From Gammaproteobacteria bacterium (GTDB lineage Bacteria > Pseudomonadota > Gammaproteobacteria > Eutrophobiales > Eutrophobiaceae): 64,000 bases of DNA. Numbering within the stretch: position 1 is the first letter of the stretch; the number at the start of each line of letters is the position of its first letter. The stretch spans positions 1 to 64,000 of the forward strand of contig OZ220696.1 of NCBI GenBank assembly GCA_965116495.1, in the 5' to 3' direction. The notes below the pieces were generated by a model. The model searched no databases and was not told the origin of the DNA. It worked only from the letters and a program-made list of their open reading frames with translations. The position numbers and the translations under genes are program-made. Below are positions 10,974-19,537 of this stretch, piece after piece.

Positions 10974-13361
10974 ATGTTCGATGCGGTCCGTACCAAGTCG
11001 GTTGCATTCCTGGCAATTGCCATTGCTGTACAGGGACCCCGGATATTTGCCGAAGAGCCTGATGACCACGCCCACGACCGAGCCGGTCATGAACACACCG
11101 AGACCGACCATGACCACACTTATACACCGGCCAGCCGGGTGCTTGCAAAGCCCGGCCATGAACATACTCCGGCCGGATATGAGCATATAGAGGAGATTGT
11201 CGTTACTGCCGATCCGTTGGGCGACGTCGATTCCCACCTCATGATGCCTGTCCAGGTGCTCGGCAGAGACGAATTGACGACCCGGAGTATCCGGAATATC
11301 GGTGAAGCGGTTGCCAATGAACTGGGTGTAACCACCAGTGATTTCGGCACCGCCGTAGGACGACCCGTGATCCGCGGTCTGGCCGGTAGCCGGGTCGCCG
11401 TGCTCGAAAACGGCACAAGCACGATGGACGTGTCGAATATCGGCGCTGACCATGCAGTTCCCACAGAACCGGCATTTGCGCGCCAGGTTGAAATTTTTCG
11501 CGGTCCCGCAACCCTGCTGTTCGGCAGTGGAGCCAGCGGCGGCGTGGTCAACGTCGTAAACGACCGCATCCTCAAGTATATCCCGGACACCCTGGAGGGT
11601 GATATATCACTGCAATACGAAACCGTTTCAGACGGTGTGAACGGCGCCGGCAGCTTCAATTTCAGTACGGGTGATTTTGCCGTCCACCTGGATGGCATGA
11701 AGCGCTATACAAAGGATTATAAAATTCCCGGATACGCCGAGTTGAACAGGGACCCCGGGGATGAAATGGAGAAAGGCGTCCTGGAAAACAGCAGTATTGA
11801 ATCGGAAAGTGTCGCCATGGGGGTATCCTGGATCGGTGAACGCGGGTTCGTCGGTTTTTCCGTGAGCCGGTTTGACAGCGACTACGGCATTGTGGGTGGC
11901 CACCATCATGGTGAAGAAGATCTGTTTGAGGAAATGGACCTTCATATGGAAGATGACCATCATGATGATGAAGAGCATCATGATGATGAAGAGCATCACG
12001 AAGATGAAGAGGACCACGAGGGCGAAGACGGCCATGATGACGAAGACGGCCATGATGACGAGGGCGGCCACGATGACGAGGACGGCCATGGTCATGGTGA
12101 AGAAGGTCATGCAGAGGAAGGCGAATCCCGGATAGACATGGGAGTAACCCGTTACGACTTTGAAGCGTCGTTATACGATCCTGTCGGTGCCATACACCGG
12201 ATCAAGACTCGTTGGACTTTTACCGACTACACCCACCATGAAATAGAAGGAAACGGCGATATCGCGGTAACGTTCTTGAATGAGGAGGTGGGAGGCCGCG
12301 TCGAGTTTGTACATCATCCCCTGGGAGGCTGGCAGGGAGCTTTCGGTATCCAGTATCACTACAAGGATTTTTCCGCGTCAGGGGAAGAGGAATTTGTCCC
12401 GCCTTCGGAACTGGAATCCGTTGCTGCGTTCCTGCTGGAAAAAAACGACTTCGGCAAGTGGCATACTGAATTCAGCGCCAGGTACGAACACCAGGAAACC
12501 AGCTCTGAAACCGGTCAGGAAACAGGCCATGACCTGTTCAGCCTGTCCGGTGGTTTGAACTGGAGCTATCACGAGGGCTATGAACTGGGTCTGATCGTTA
12601 CTCATGCCCAACGCGCCCCATCCCTGGAAGAATTATATTCGGCCGGCCCCCATCTCGCGACAGTCACGTTTGAATACGGCGATGCCGAACTGGGCAAGGA
12701 AAAGTCAACCAATTTTGATCTCTACTGGCGCAAGACGACAGGCACGCTTACGCTGACCGCCAATTTATTCTATAACCGGATCAGTGATTTCATATTCCTG
12801 AAAGAACAGGACCTGAACGGGGATGGTATCGCGGACTGGGTGCGTGATGACTTTGCCGGCGACCCTGCAGACATCCTGCAACCCGGGGTGGACGGCACGC
12901 ATTTACTTGTAGCGCAAGTGCAGGAAAAAGTGGATTTCATGGGTTTTGAAGTGGAAGGTGTCGTACATGCCCTGCATGGTGACTACGGCGCCATGGACGT
13001 GCGCCTGTGGGCGGACTATGTTGAAGGTGAGCGTAGCGATAATGTCAACCTGCCACGCATAACCCCCTGGCGTTACGGCGCTGGCATGACATATTTTCGC
13101 GGCCCCTGGTATGCGGCAGTGAACTACACCCGTGTGAATAAACAGAATGACACCGCTCCGTTCGAAACCTCTACCAGGGGCTACGATGACCTGAACCTTT
13201 ATGCCAGCTATCGCATCAGTCATGCCGGCAATGACGTCACCCTGTTTGCCAGCGCCAGCAACCTGCTGGATGAAGAAATACGCCGTCATACTTCTTTTGT
13301 AAAACACCTGGCGCCAATGCCGGGACGTTCGGGCATTTTCGGCGTTCGCGTTTCATTTTAG
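10974..13361 (+). CDS. ZnuD-like TonB-dependent receptor 1 with a His-rich N-terminus and a ~73-aa His/acidic insert
   Basis: Signal peptide, TonB box (EEIVVTA), plug motifs RPVIRGL and VEIFRGPATLLFGSGASGGVVN, C-terminal RVSF; SD GGAGA supports the start at 10974. Confidence 0.9.
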   Translation: MFDAVRTKSVAFLAIAIAVQGPRIFAEEPDDHAHDRAGHEHTETDHDHTYTPASRVLAKPGHEHTPAGYEHIEEIVVTADPLGDVDSHLMMPVQVLGRDELTTRSIRNIGEAVANELGVTTSDFGTAVGRPVIRGLAGSRVAVLENGTSTMDVSNIGADHAVPTEPAFARQVEIFRGPATLLFGSGASGGVVNVVNDRILKYIPDTLEGDISLQYETVSDGVNGAGSFNFSTGDFAVHLDGMKRYTKDYKIPGYAELNRDPGDEMEKGVLENSSIESESVAMGVSWIGERGFVGFSVSRFDSDYGIVGGHHHGEEDLFEEMDLHMEDDHHDDEEHHDDEEHHEDEEDHEGEDGHDDEDGHDDEGGHDDEDGHGHGEEGHAEEGESRIDMGVTRYDFEASLYDPVGAIHRIKTRWTFTDYTHHEIEGNGDIAVTFLNEEVGGRVEFVHHPLGGWQGAFGIQYHYKDFSASGEEEFVPPSELESVAAFLLEKNDFGKWHTEFSARYEHQETSSETGQETGHDLFSLSGGLNWSYHEGYELGLIVTHAQRAPSLEELYSAGPHLATVTFEYGDAELGKEKSTNFDLYWRKTTGTLTLTANLFYNRISDFIFLKEQDLNGDGIADWVRDDFAGDPADILQPGVDGTHLLVAQVQEKVDFMGFEVEGVVHALHGDYGAMDVRLWADYVEGERSDNVNLPRITPWRYGAGMTYFRGPWYAAVNYTRVNKQNDTAPFETSTRGYDDLNLYASYRISHAGNDVTLFASASNLLDEEIRRHTSFVKHLAPMPGRSGIFGVRVSF

Positions 13362-13367
13362 GGAGTA

Positions 13368-13479
13368 AATTTGGGACACCCATAAATTGGGTTTGTGGGT
13401 GTCCTGAATTAGCTGCTCGTCCCCAATTCATGGGTGTCCCAAATTAACATTTAGTCCCAATTTATGGGTGTCCCAAATT
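13368..13479. repeat. 112-bp REP/MITE-like element bounded by perfect 24-bp inverted repeats, with two extra internal copies
   Basis: AATTTGGGACACCCATAAATTGGG (13368-13391) versus its reverse complement at 13456-13479; near-copies at 13422-13445 and 13392-13410. Confidence 0.8.
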
Positions 13480-13538
13480 AGCTTTTGTCGAGAGCAGGTG
13501 TTATTCTGGCCTCGTTCCCGGAGAGGTAGATTATTATC

Positions 13539-14384
13539 ATGTCATTGTTCGAACTCAAGGTTGTTGCAGCATTGGCGATCCTCGCGGTGGGTGTCGTCGG
13601 CGGGGTAATACCGCTCCTGGCGGCCCGGCACGATACAAGCCGCAGGTTTCTCTCTCTCGGCAATGCCCTGGCGGGTGGCATCTTTCTCGGTGCCGGGTTC
13701 ATTCACCTGTTGCCCGAAGCAGGCGAGGCCCTGGAGGGCGTGGTCGATTATCCTCTTGCACCGCTGCTGGCGGCCATCGGCGTAGTCGCGCTACTGCTCA
13801 TAGACCGGGTCCTGTTCGAAACCAGTCACGGGGTGGAATCAGGTGAAGACGGAGATGCGCGCCAGCCGATCTATCCCCTGGTACTGCTGGTGGTTTTGTC
13901 GATCCACTCAGTCATCGCCGGCATCGCCCTCGGGGTCGAGTCGGAACTGGCCGCTTCCCTGCTGGTTATGATCGCTATCCTGTCCCATAAAGGTTCGGCC
14001 GCCTTCGCCCTCATGGTCAGCGTGCAGGCTGCCGGCGCCGACCGCAGACGCCTGAGGCGGGTCCTGACTATCTTTGTGGTCATGACGCCGCTGGGTATCA
14101 TGCTCGGTGCGCTGGCCTCCGGCATCTTTGAAGGAGATGCCGCACTGCTGGTAGAAGGCAGTTTCAACGCACTGGCCGCAGGCACCTTTATCTACGTGGC
14201 TATCCTGGACGTCATCGATGCGGAAATGTCCAGGACCGACGATCGTGTTGCGCATTTCGTACGCAGTTCCCTGCTCGGGGAAGACGATGTGCCCATGCCT
14301 GAGAAGGATACTGACCGCATAGCCAAATTTGTCTTGATATTCGCCGGCCTGATGAGTATGGCCGTACTGGCCCTCTGGGTTTAA
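13539..14384 (+). CDS. ZIP-family metal importer
   Basis: GIFLGAGFIHLLPEA, LSIHSVIAGIALG, SHKG, AAGTFIYVA. Confidence 0.9.
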   Translation: MSLFELKVVAALAILAVGVVGGVIPLLAARHDTSRRFLSLGNALAGGIFLGAGFIHLLPEAGEALEGVVDYPLAPLLAAIGVVALLLIDRVLFETSHGVESGEDGDARQPIYPLVLLVVLSIHSVIAGIALGVESELAASLLVMIAILSHKGSAAFALMVSVQAAGADRRRLRRVLTIFVVMTPLGIMLGALASGIFEGDAALLVEGSFNALAAGTFIYVAILDVIDAEMSRTDDRVAHFVRSSLLGEDDVPMPEKDTDRIAKFVLIFAGLMSMAVLALWV

Positions 14385-14407
14385 GGGCTTGATTGGATGG
14401 TAATTAC

Positions 14408-15394
14408 ATGAGTCCTGCACACCACACCGGGTGCAGCCATGACCACCACCATCAAGCCGGTGCCGGACACGACCACTCCCGCGAGTTGCGCAGTGCCGGC
14501 AAGCGCAGCCTGATCGCCGCCTTTGTCCTGATCTCCGGTTTTATGTGGGTCGAGGTTATCGGCGGCATTGTGTCCGGCAGCCTGGCCCTGCTTGCCGATG
14601 CGGGGCACATGCTAACCGATGCGGCATCCATTGCCCTGGCCCTGGCCGCCATGTATTTTGCCGAGAGACCCCACTCCGTGCAACGCACCTTTGGTTATCA
14701 CCGTCTTGAGATTCTGGCTGCCCTGGTGAATGCATTGGCTCTCTGGTTGATTGTGGCCTGGGTGCTTATCGAAGCCTATGACCGCTTTACTTCAGTAACC
14801 GAAGTAAACGGCGGGCTGATGCTGGGCATAGGCGTCATCGGTCTTGCCGTCAACCTCATCGCTGCCTGGATCCTGCGTAGCTCTTCCGATCACAATGTCA
14901 ATGTCGAGGGGGCGTTTCTGCACGTTATCGCGGACTTGCTGGGATCGGTCGGTGTCGTCATTTCAGGTATCCTGATATGGACCCTGGGCTGGACTCTTGC
15001 CGACCCCATAGTCAGCGTGATCATCGCAATTCTTATACTTGTCAGCAGTTGGCGGCTGATGAAGAAGGTCGTTCACGTGCTGCTCGAGGGTACTCCGGAA
15101 CATGTTGACGTATATCAACTTTGCCGCAAACTGGAAGCGGTGGAAGGTGTTACCCTGGTCCATGACATCCATGTCTGGACACTATCTGCCGGCAACGAAG
15201 CACTTACCGCGCATATCCTGATAGATCCGGACTTCCCGGGCGACCCGGAAGACCTGCGCCTGCGTCTGCGGGGCATTATTTACAACGATTTCGGCATCGG
15301 TCACATAACCCTGCAGGTGGAAAAATCACTGGAAGGATGCTCTGAAGACCACCATTTTGATCACTTGGCGACCCCTGTGGGTTCGGCAGACTAA
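14408..15394 (+). CDS. Cation diffusion facilitator (CzcD/ZitB-like) with a His-rich N-terminus
   Basis: SLALLADAGHMLTD, TFGYHRLEIL, AFLHVIADLLGS, VHDIHVW, HITLQVE. Confidence 0.95.
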   Translation: MSPAHHTGCSHDHHHQAGAGHDHSRELRSAGKRSLIAAFVLISGFMWVEVIGGIVSGSLALLADAGHMLTDAASIALALAAMYFAERPHSVQRTFGYHRLEILAALVNALALWLIVAWVLIEAYDRFTSVTEVNGGLMLGIGVIGLAVNLIAAWILRSSSDHNVNVEGAFLHVIADLLGSVGVVISGILIWTLGWTLADPIVSVIIAILILVSSWRLMKKVVHVLLEGTPEHVDVYQLCRKLEAVEGVTLVHDIHVWTLSAGNEALTAHILIDPDFPGDPEDLRLRLRGIIYNDFGIGHITLQVEKSLEGCSEDHHFDHLATPVGSAD

Positions 15395-15416
15395 TCTGCA
15401 CCGTATCCCGTGACCA

Positions 15417-15610
15417 CAGGGCAACCGCATACTTTTGGATTCTGCCGCAAAGGACCGAAATAAGGCAGGAAAAGGCCGTCCGTCATTCCGGCGAATGCCG
15501 GAATCCAGTCAAAAAAATGATTCCTTATGGTAACAGGTTGGTTTGTTCACTGGATTCCGGCATTCGCCGGAATGACGATAGGCCGGATTCAAAAGTATGC
15601 GGTTGCCCTG
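15417..15610. mobile_element. 194-bp MITE-like element with a nested REP pair
   Basis: Terminal inverted repeats CAGGGCAACCGCATACTTTTG (21 bp perfect, 27/30 overall); CCA on both flanks; internal perfect 29-bp inverted pair at 15481-15509 and 15549-15577. Confidence 0.8.
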
Positions 15611-15640
15611 CCAGTGACCACTGGGGTGGTAGTAAACTTC

Positions 15641-15668
15641 TTGACAGTGAGTATTGGTATCCTATAGT
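15641..15668 (+). promoter_or_regulatory. Sigma70-type promoter of the leader-peptide/receptor 2 unit
   Basis: TTGACA-16 bp-TATAGT, ending 10 bp before the ATG at 15679. Confidence 0.6.
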
Positions 15669-15678
15669 CTTTGTTCAT

Positions 15679-15966
15679 ATGTCAGTCAGGTATAAACAGT
15701 TTACAGGTTGGTTTCTTGCTGCCCTGATCCTTTGCGGACAGTCGGTTGCGCTTGCCCACGAATCCGGCCATGATCTCAAGCTCACGGACGAGTATTGTGT
15801 TCAATGCCTGACACAGTCCGTATTTGACGACAACGCAGTTGTCCCGGTATCTGAATTTACCGTCCTGTCTTCTGCCGGCAATGTCCGGGTACTGGATGAA
15901 GGCAGATATCATTCCACTTATTCACGCACTAATTCCGCACGCGCCCCTCCTGTATCTCCCACATAA
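15679..15966 (+). CDS. DUF2946/CruR/CutF-like leader peptide (signal peptide, HxxxH, CxxC, C-terminal RAPP arrest motif)
   Basis: MSVRYKQFTGWFLAALILCGQSVALAHESGH...YCVQC...NSARAPPVSPT; directly upstream of a TonB-dependent receptor. Confidence 0.85.
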   Translation: MSVRYKQFTGWFLAALILCGQSVALAHESGHDLKLTDEYCVQCLTQSVFDDNAVVPVSEFTVLSSAGNVRVLDEGRYHSTYSRTNSARAPPVSPT

Positions 15967-16034
15967 CGTTTCAAGTCTGTTTATCCGGATAACGCGCCGC
16001 GTTATTCCCGAATTGGTTATGAGGAGGTATGGGA
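15948..16034 (+). promoter_or_regulatory. Predicted mRNA structure sequestering the SD and start codon of receptor 2
   Basis: 15948-15959 and 15962-15967 pair with 16023-16034 and 16016-16021 (18 bp including 3 G-U); inner hairpin 15987-16007. Confidence 0.7.
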
Positions 16035-18971
16035 ATGTACTGGTACAACCTGAAATTTATCGTCCTGTTGACTGCCGTTACGGGCATTCATGGGACGTTC
16101 GCGCTTGCCGATGAGCCGGCCGATCACGCCCACACGCAAGAAGTCGGCGAACACGCGCCTGCCGGTGGTGAGAGTATCGAGGAGATCAAGGTCACTGCCG
16201 ACCCGTTATCCGAGGTCGATGCCCATATAATCAGACCTGTCCAGGTCCTGTCGAAAGAGGAGCTGAAATCCCGCAGCATCCGCAACGTTGGTGAAACGGT
16301 TGCCAATGAACTGGGTGTCTCGTCCAGTGATTTCGGCACAGGAGTGGGCCGTCCTGTTATCCGGGGGCTGGGCGGCAGCCGCGTGCAGGTGCTGGAAAAT
16401 GGGCTCAGCACTATGGACACAGCTGCTCTCAGCGCTGATCATGGGGTGCCGTTGGAATCGGTGTTTAGCCAGCAGGTTGAGATTTTTCGCGGTCCCGCAA
16501 CGCTGCTGTTCGGCAGCGGCGCAAGCGGCGGCATTGTCAATTATGTGAACGGCCGCATACTGGATTACGTGCCTGACGACGTGGAAGCCGAGGTAGCCTT
16601 GCAATATGAAACGGTCTCGGACGGTATGACCGGCGCCGGCAGCATGAACTTCGGCGCAGGTAAGTTTGCCTTCCACATAGACGGAATGGCGCGCAATACC
16701 GGCGATTACAATATACCGGGATTTGGCGAACTGGAGCCGGGCGAGTCCCGGCGCGGCGTCCTGGAGAACAGCAGTATTGATACGGAGAATATATCGGGAG
16801 GCTTGTCCTGGATCGGGCGGCGCGGATTTGTCGGGTTTTCCGTCAGCCGCTATGAAAACAACTATGGCATACAGGGACATCACCACCATGGTGATGAGGA
16901 CGGACATCTTCACGGTATGGAAGACATGCATCTTCATGATGATGATGAACATGACCATGATGATGATGAACATCATGACGATGAGGACGATGAACACGAC
17001 CATGATGAAGAAGAGGGACATCATGACGATGAGGACGATGAACACGACCATGATGAAGAAGAGGGACATCATGATGATGAGGACGAGCATCACGACGAGG
17101 AAGAGGGACATCATGATGATGAGGACGAGCATCACGACGAGGAAGAGGGACATCATGACGATGAAGAAGAGCATCACGACGAGGAAGAGGAACATCATGA
17201 CGATGAGGAAGAGCATCACGACGAGGAAGAGGGACATCATGACGATGAAGAAGAGCATCACGACGAGGAAGAGGACCATCATGACGATGAGGAAGAGCAT
17301 CACGATGATGAAGACATGGACCATCATGACGATGAGGAAGAGCATCACGATGACGAAGACATGGACCATCATGACGATGAGGACGAGCATCACGATGATG
17401 AAGACATGGACCATCATGACGATGGGGAAGAGCATCACGATGATGAAGACATGGACCATCATGACGATGAGGACGAGCATCACGACGATGAAAACGGACA
17501 CCATGACGATGAGGACGAGCATCACGATGATGAAGACATGGACCATCATGATGATGAGGACGAACATCATGACGATGAAAACGGGCATCATGACGATGAG
17601 GAGGAGGGACACGACCATGATGAGGAAGACGGGCATCATGATGATGAGGACGATGAACACGACCATGATGAGGAAGACGGGCATCATGATGATGAGGACG
17701 ATGAACACGACCATGATGAGGAGGAAGAAGGTGGTGTACGCATCGACATGAGACAGACCCGTTACGATTTTGCCGCGGCCCTGGATGATCCGTTCCCCGG
17801 TCTGAGCCGCATCAAGATGCGCTGGGGTTTCAATGACTATAAACACGATGAAATCGAACCGAGTGGAGAGGTGGCCACAGCCTTTGACAATGAGGAGGTG
17901 GAAGGCCGCGTGGAGTTCGTCCATAACCCCATCGGCGCCTGGAACGGCGTTGTCGGCTTCCATTACCGTCACAAGGACTTCGCGGCTGTAGGCGCGGAGA
18001 GCTTTGTCCTGCCGTCGGAACTGGAGTCGGTCGGGGTATTCATCCTGGAACGGACCGATATCGGACAATGGCATATTGACCTGGGCGCAAGGTTTGAACA
18101 CCAGGACACGAGCGCAGAGACGGGTGCTGAAAACGATTACGACCTGTTCAGCGCCTCCGGCGGTTTAAACTGGGATTATGCCCCGGGCTACCAGGTCGGC
18201 CTTTCCGTGAGCCATGCCGAGAGAGCGCCGTCGATTGAAGAGTTGTATGCGCTGGGTCCACACCTGGCGACCGCGACGTTTGAGGTCGGTGATACCAACC
18301 TGGCTAAGGAAAAGTCCAATAACGTTGATATCTACTGGCGTAAAACGACGGGTAAATTCACTTTTACAGCCAACTTCTTCTATAACCGGATTGATGATTA
18401 CGTCTACAAGCAGGAACAGGACCTGAACGGGGACGGTTTCGCCGACCGGGTGGCGGAAAATTTTGACGGCAACCCGGCAAATATCCTGGACCCGGATGAC
18501 GACGAGGAACCCTTACTGGTTTACCTGAGTCAGGACGATGCGGAATTTCTGGGATTTGAAGCGGAAACCAGGGTGCGGCTTATTGATAATGACCGCGACA
18601 GGATGAATTTGCGTTTATGGGGAGACTACGTGGAAGGTGAGCGCAGCAACGGTATCGACCTGCCGCGTATCACACCCTGGCGCTTCGGTTCCGGTCTTAC
18701 CTACTCCCGCGGGGCCATGTCTGCATCCGTCAACTATACCCGCGTGAATGAACAGGACAATACCGCGCCGCTGGAGACGGAGACAGGCGGCTATCACCTG
18801 CTGGATATCCATGCCGATTACACGTTCAGGCTGGGCGGCAACACGGTATCACTGTTTGCCCGTGCTTCCAACCTGCTGGATGAAGAGATACGCCGGCATA
18901 TCTCTTTCGTGAAAGAGCAGGCGCCGCTGCCGGGGCGTTCCGGCATATTCGGCCTGCGTTTGTCGTACTAG
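16029..18971 (+). CDS. ZnuD-like TonB-dependent receptor 2 with a ~284-aa His/Asp/Glu repeat insert
   Basis: Signal peptide, EEIKVTA, RPVIRGLGG, VEIFRGPATLLFGSGASGG, C-terminal RLSY; paralogue of 10974-13361. Confidence 0.92.
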   Translation: MGMYWYNLKFIVLLTAVTGIHGTFALADEPADHAHTQEVGEHAPAGGESIEEIKVTADPLSEVDAHIIRPVQVLSKEELKSRSIRNVGETVANELGVSSSDFGTGVGRPVIRGLGGSRVQVLENGLSTMDTAALSADHGVPLESVFSQQVEIFRGPATLLFGSGASGGIVNYVNGRILDYVPDDVEAEVALQYETVSDGMTGAGSMNFGAGKFAFHIDGMARNTGDYNIPGFGELEPGESRRGVLENSSIDTENISGGLSWIGRRGFVGFSVSRYENNYGIQGHHHHGDEDGHLHGMEDMHLHDDDEHDHDDDEHHDDEDDEHDHDEEEGHHDDEDDEHDHDEEEGHHDDEDEHHDEEEGHHDDEDEHHDEEEGHHDDEEEHHDEEEEHHDDEEEHHDEEEGHHDDEEEHHDEEEDHHDDEEEHHDDEDMDHHDDEEEHHDDEDMDHHDDEDEHHDDEDMDHHDDGEEHHDDEDMDHHDDEDEHHDDENGHHDDEDEHHDDEDMDHHDDEDEHHDDENGHHDDEEEGHDHDEEDGHHDDEDDEHDHDEEDGHHDDEDDEHDHDEEEEGGVRIDMRQTRYDFAAALDDPFPGLSRIKMRWGFNDYKHDEIEPSGEVATAFDNEEVEGRVEFVHNPIGAWNGVVGFHYRHKDFAAVGAESFVLPSELESVGVFILERTDIGQWHIDLGARFEHQDTSAETGAENDYDLFSASGGLNWDYAPGYQVGLSVSHAERAPSIEELYALGPHLATATFEVGDTNLAKEKSNNVDIYWRKTTGKFTFTANFFYNRIDDYVYKQEQDLNGDGFADRVAENFDGNPANILDPDDDEEPLLVYLSQDDAEFLGFEAETRVRLIDNDRDRMNLRLWGDYVEGERSNGIDLPRITPWRFGSGLTYSRGAMSASVNYTRVNEQDNTAPLETETGGYHLLDIHADYTFRLGGNTVSLFARASNLLDEEIRRHISFVKEQAPLPGRSGIFGLRLSY
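16878..17729 (+). repeat. In-frame tandem repeat array encoding HH+acidic units of 7-9 aa
   Basis: Exact 48-bp duplication (16971-17018 and 17019-17066) and exact 42-bp duplication (17067-17108 and 17109-17150), plus many variants. Confidence 0.97.
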
Positions 18972-18983
18972 GAATTATCCGGC

Positions 18984-19502
18984 TTATTTATCCGGGAAGA
19001 GCGGGTCAGGAAGGTCATAGAATTCAATTTCTACGCTTTTCTGGCCCCCCCGGCGGGCGTCGACTTCCTGGATATTGGAATCAGGCGGCTCTTTAAATTC
19101 TCCCAGTTGCTGCATGCCTTTATTCAGTTTTGATTTTGCCGCGATCACTGTTTCATGGAGGTCCGCGGAATAAGCCAGTTTAAAAGACCTGGGCTGGGTC
19201 CGCCCCGACAGATCATCCAGGTCTTTGAGCCACAGGTAAATCATTCCCTCAGCGCCTGTCGATTTATCCGGTTGTACTATGTCCGCGCCGATCAGGCGAA
19301 AGCGTTCCGGCGGTTGTTCCCCGGTCGGCCAGCCAAGCAACGGGGGAAAGGACAGGTAAGTCACAACGTACAGGAGTGCAGTCACGATTATGGAACCGGC
19401 CTTGACTTTCCAGGACCAGTTTGAATACAGGTTGATACTCAACAGCAGCAATGCTATCAGGACGTAGGCGGCGACCAGCCCCGTTATTCCCAGTACATAC
19501 AT
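18984..19502 (-). CDS. Uncharacterised membrane protein (2 N-terminal TMs plus a soluble domain); last gene of the MotA-like module
   Basis: 172-aa ORF with SD (AGAGGAG) and a hydrophobic N-terminus; co-oriented with the module. Confidence 0.75.
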   Translation of the reverse strand: MYVLGITGLVAAYVLIALLLLSINLYSNWSWKVKAGSIIVTALLYVVTYLSFPPLLGWPTGEQPPERFRLIGADIVQPDKSTGAEGMIYLWLKDLDDLSGRTQPRSFKLAYSADLHETVIAAKSKLNKGMQQLGEFKEPPDSNIQEVDARRGGQKSVEIEFYDLPDPLFPDK

Positions 19503-19537
19503 GATAATTCTCCTCTGTGCCCTCTATTATTTTTTCT

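Noticed and set aside
15517-15678. Longer N-terminus (149 aa) for the leader peptide
   Set aside because: The extension is translated MITE/REP sequence; the promoter and signal peptide support ATG 15679
16206-18101. 631-aa minus-strand ORF and 342-aa alternate-frame ORF (16723-17751), plus similar ORFs at 11628-12135
   Set aside because: Shadow frames of the His/Asp/Glu repeat, whose codons give no stops in those frames
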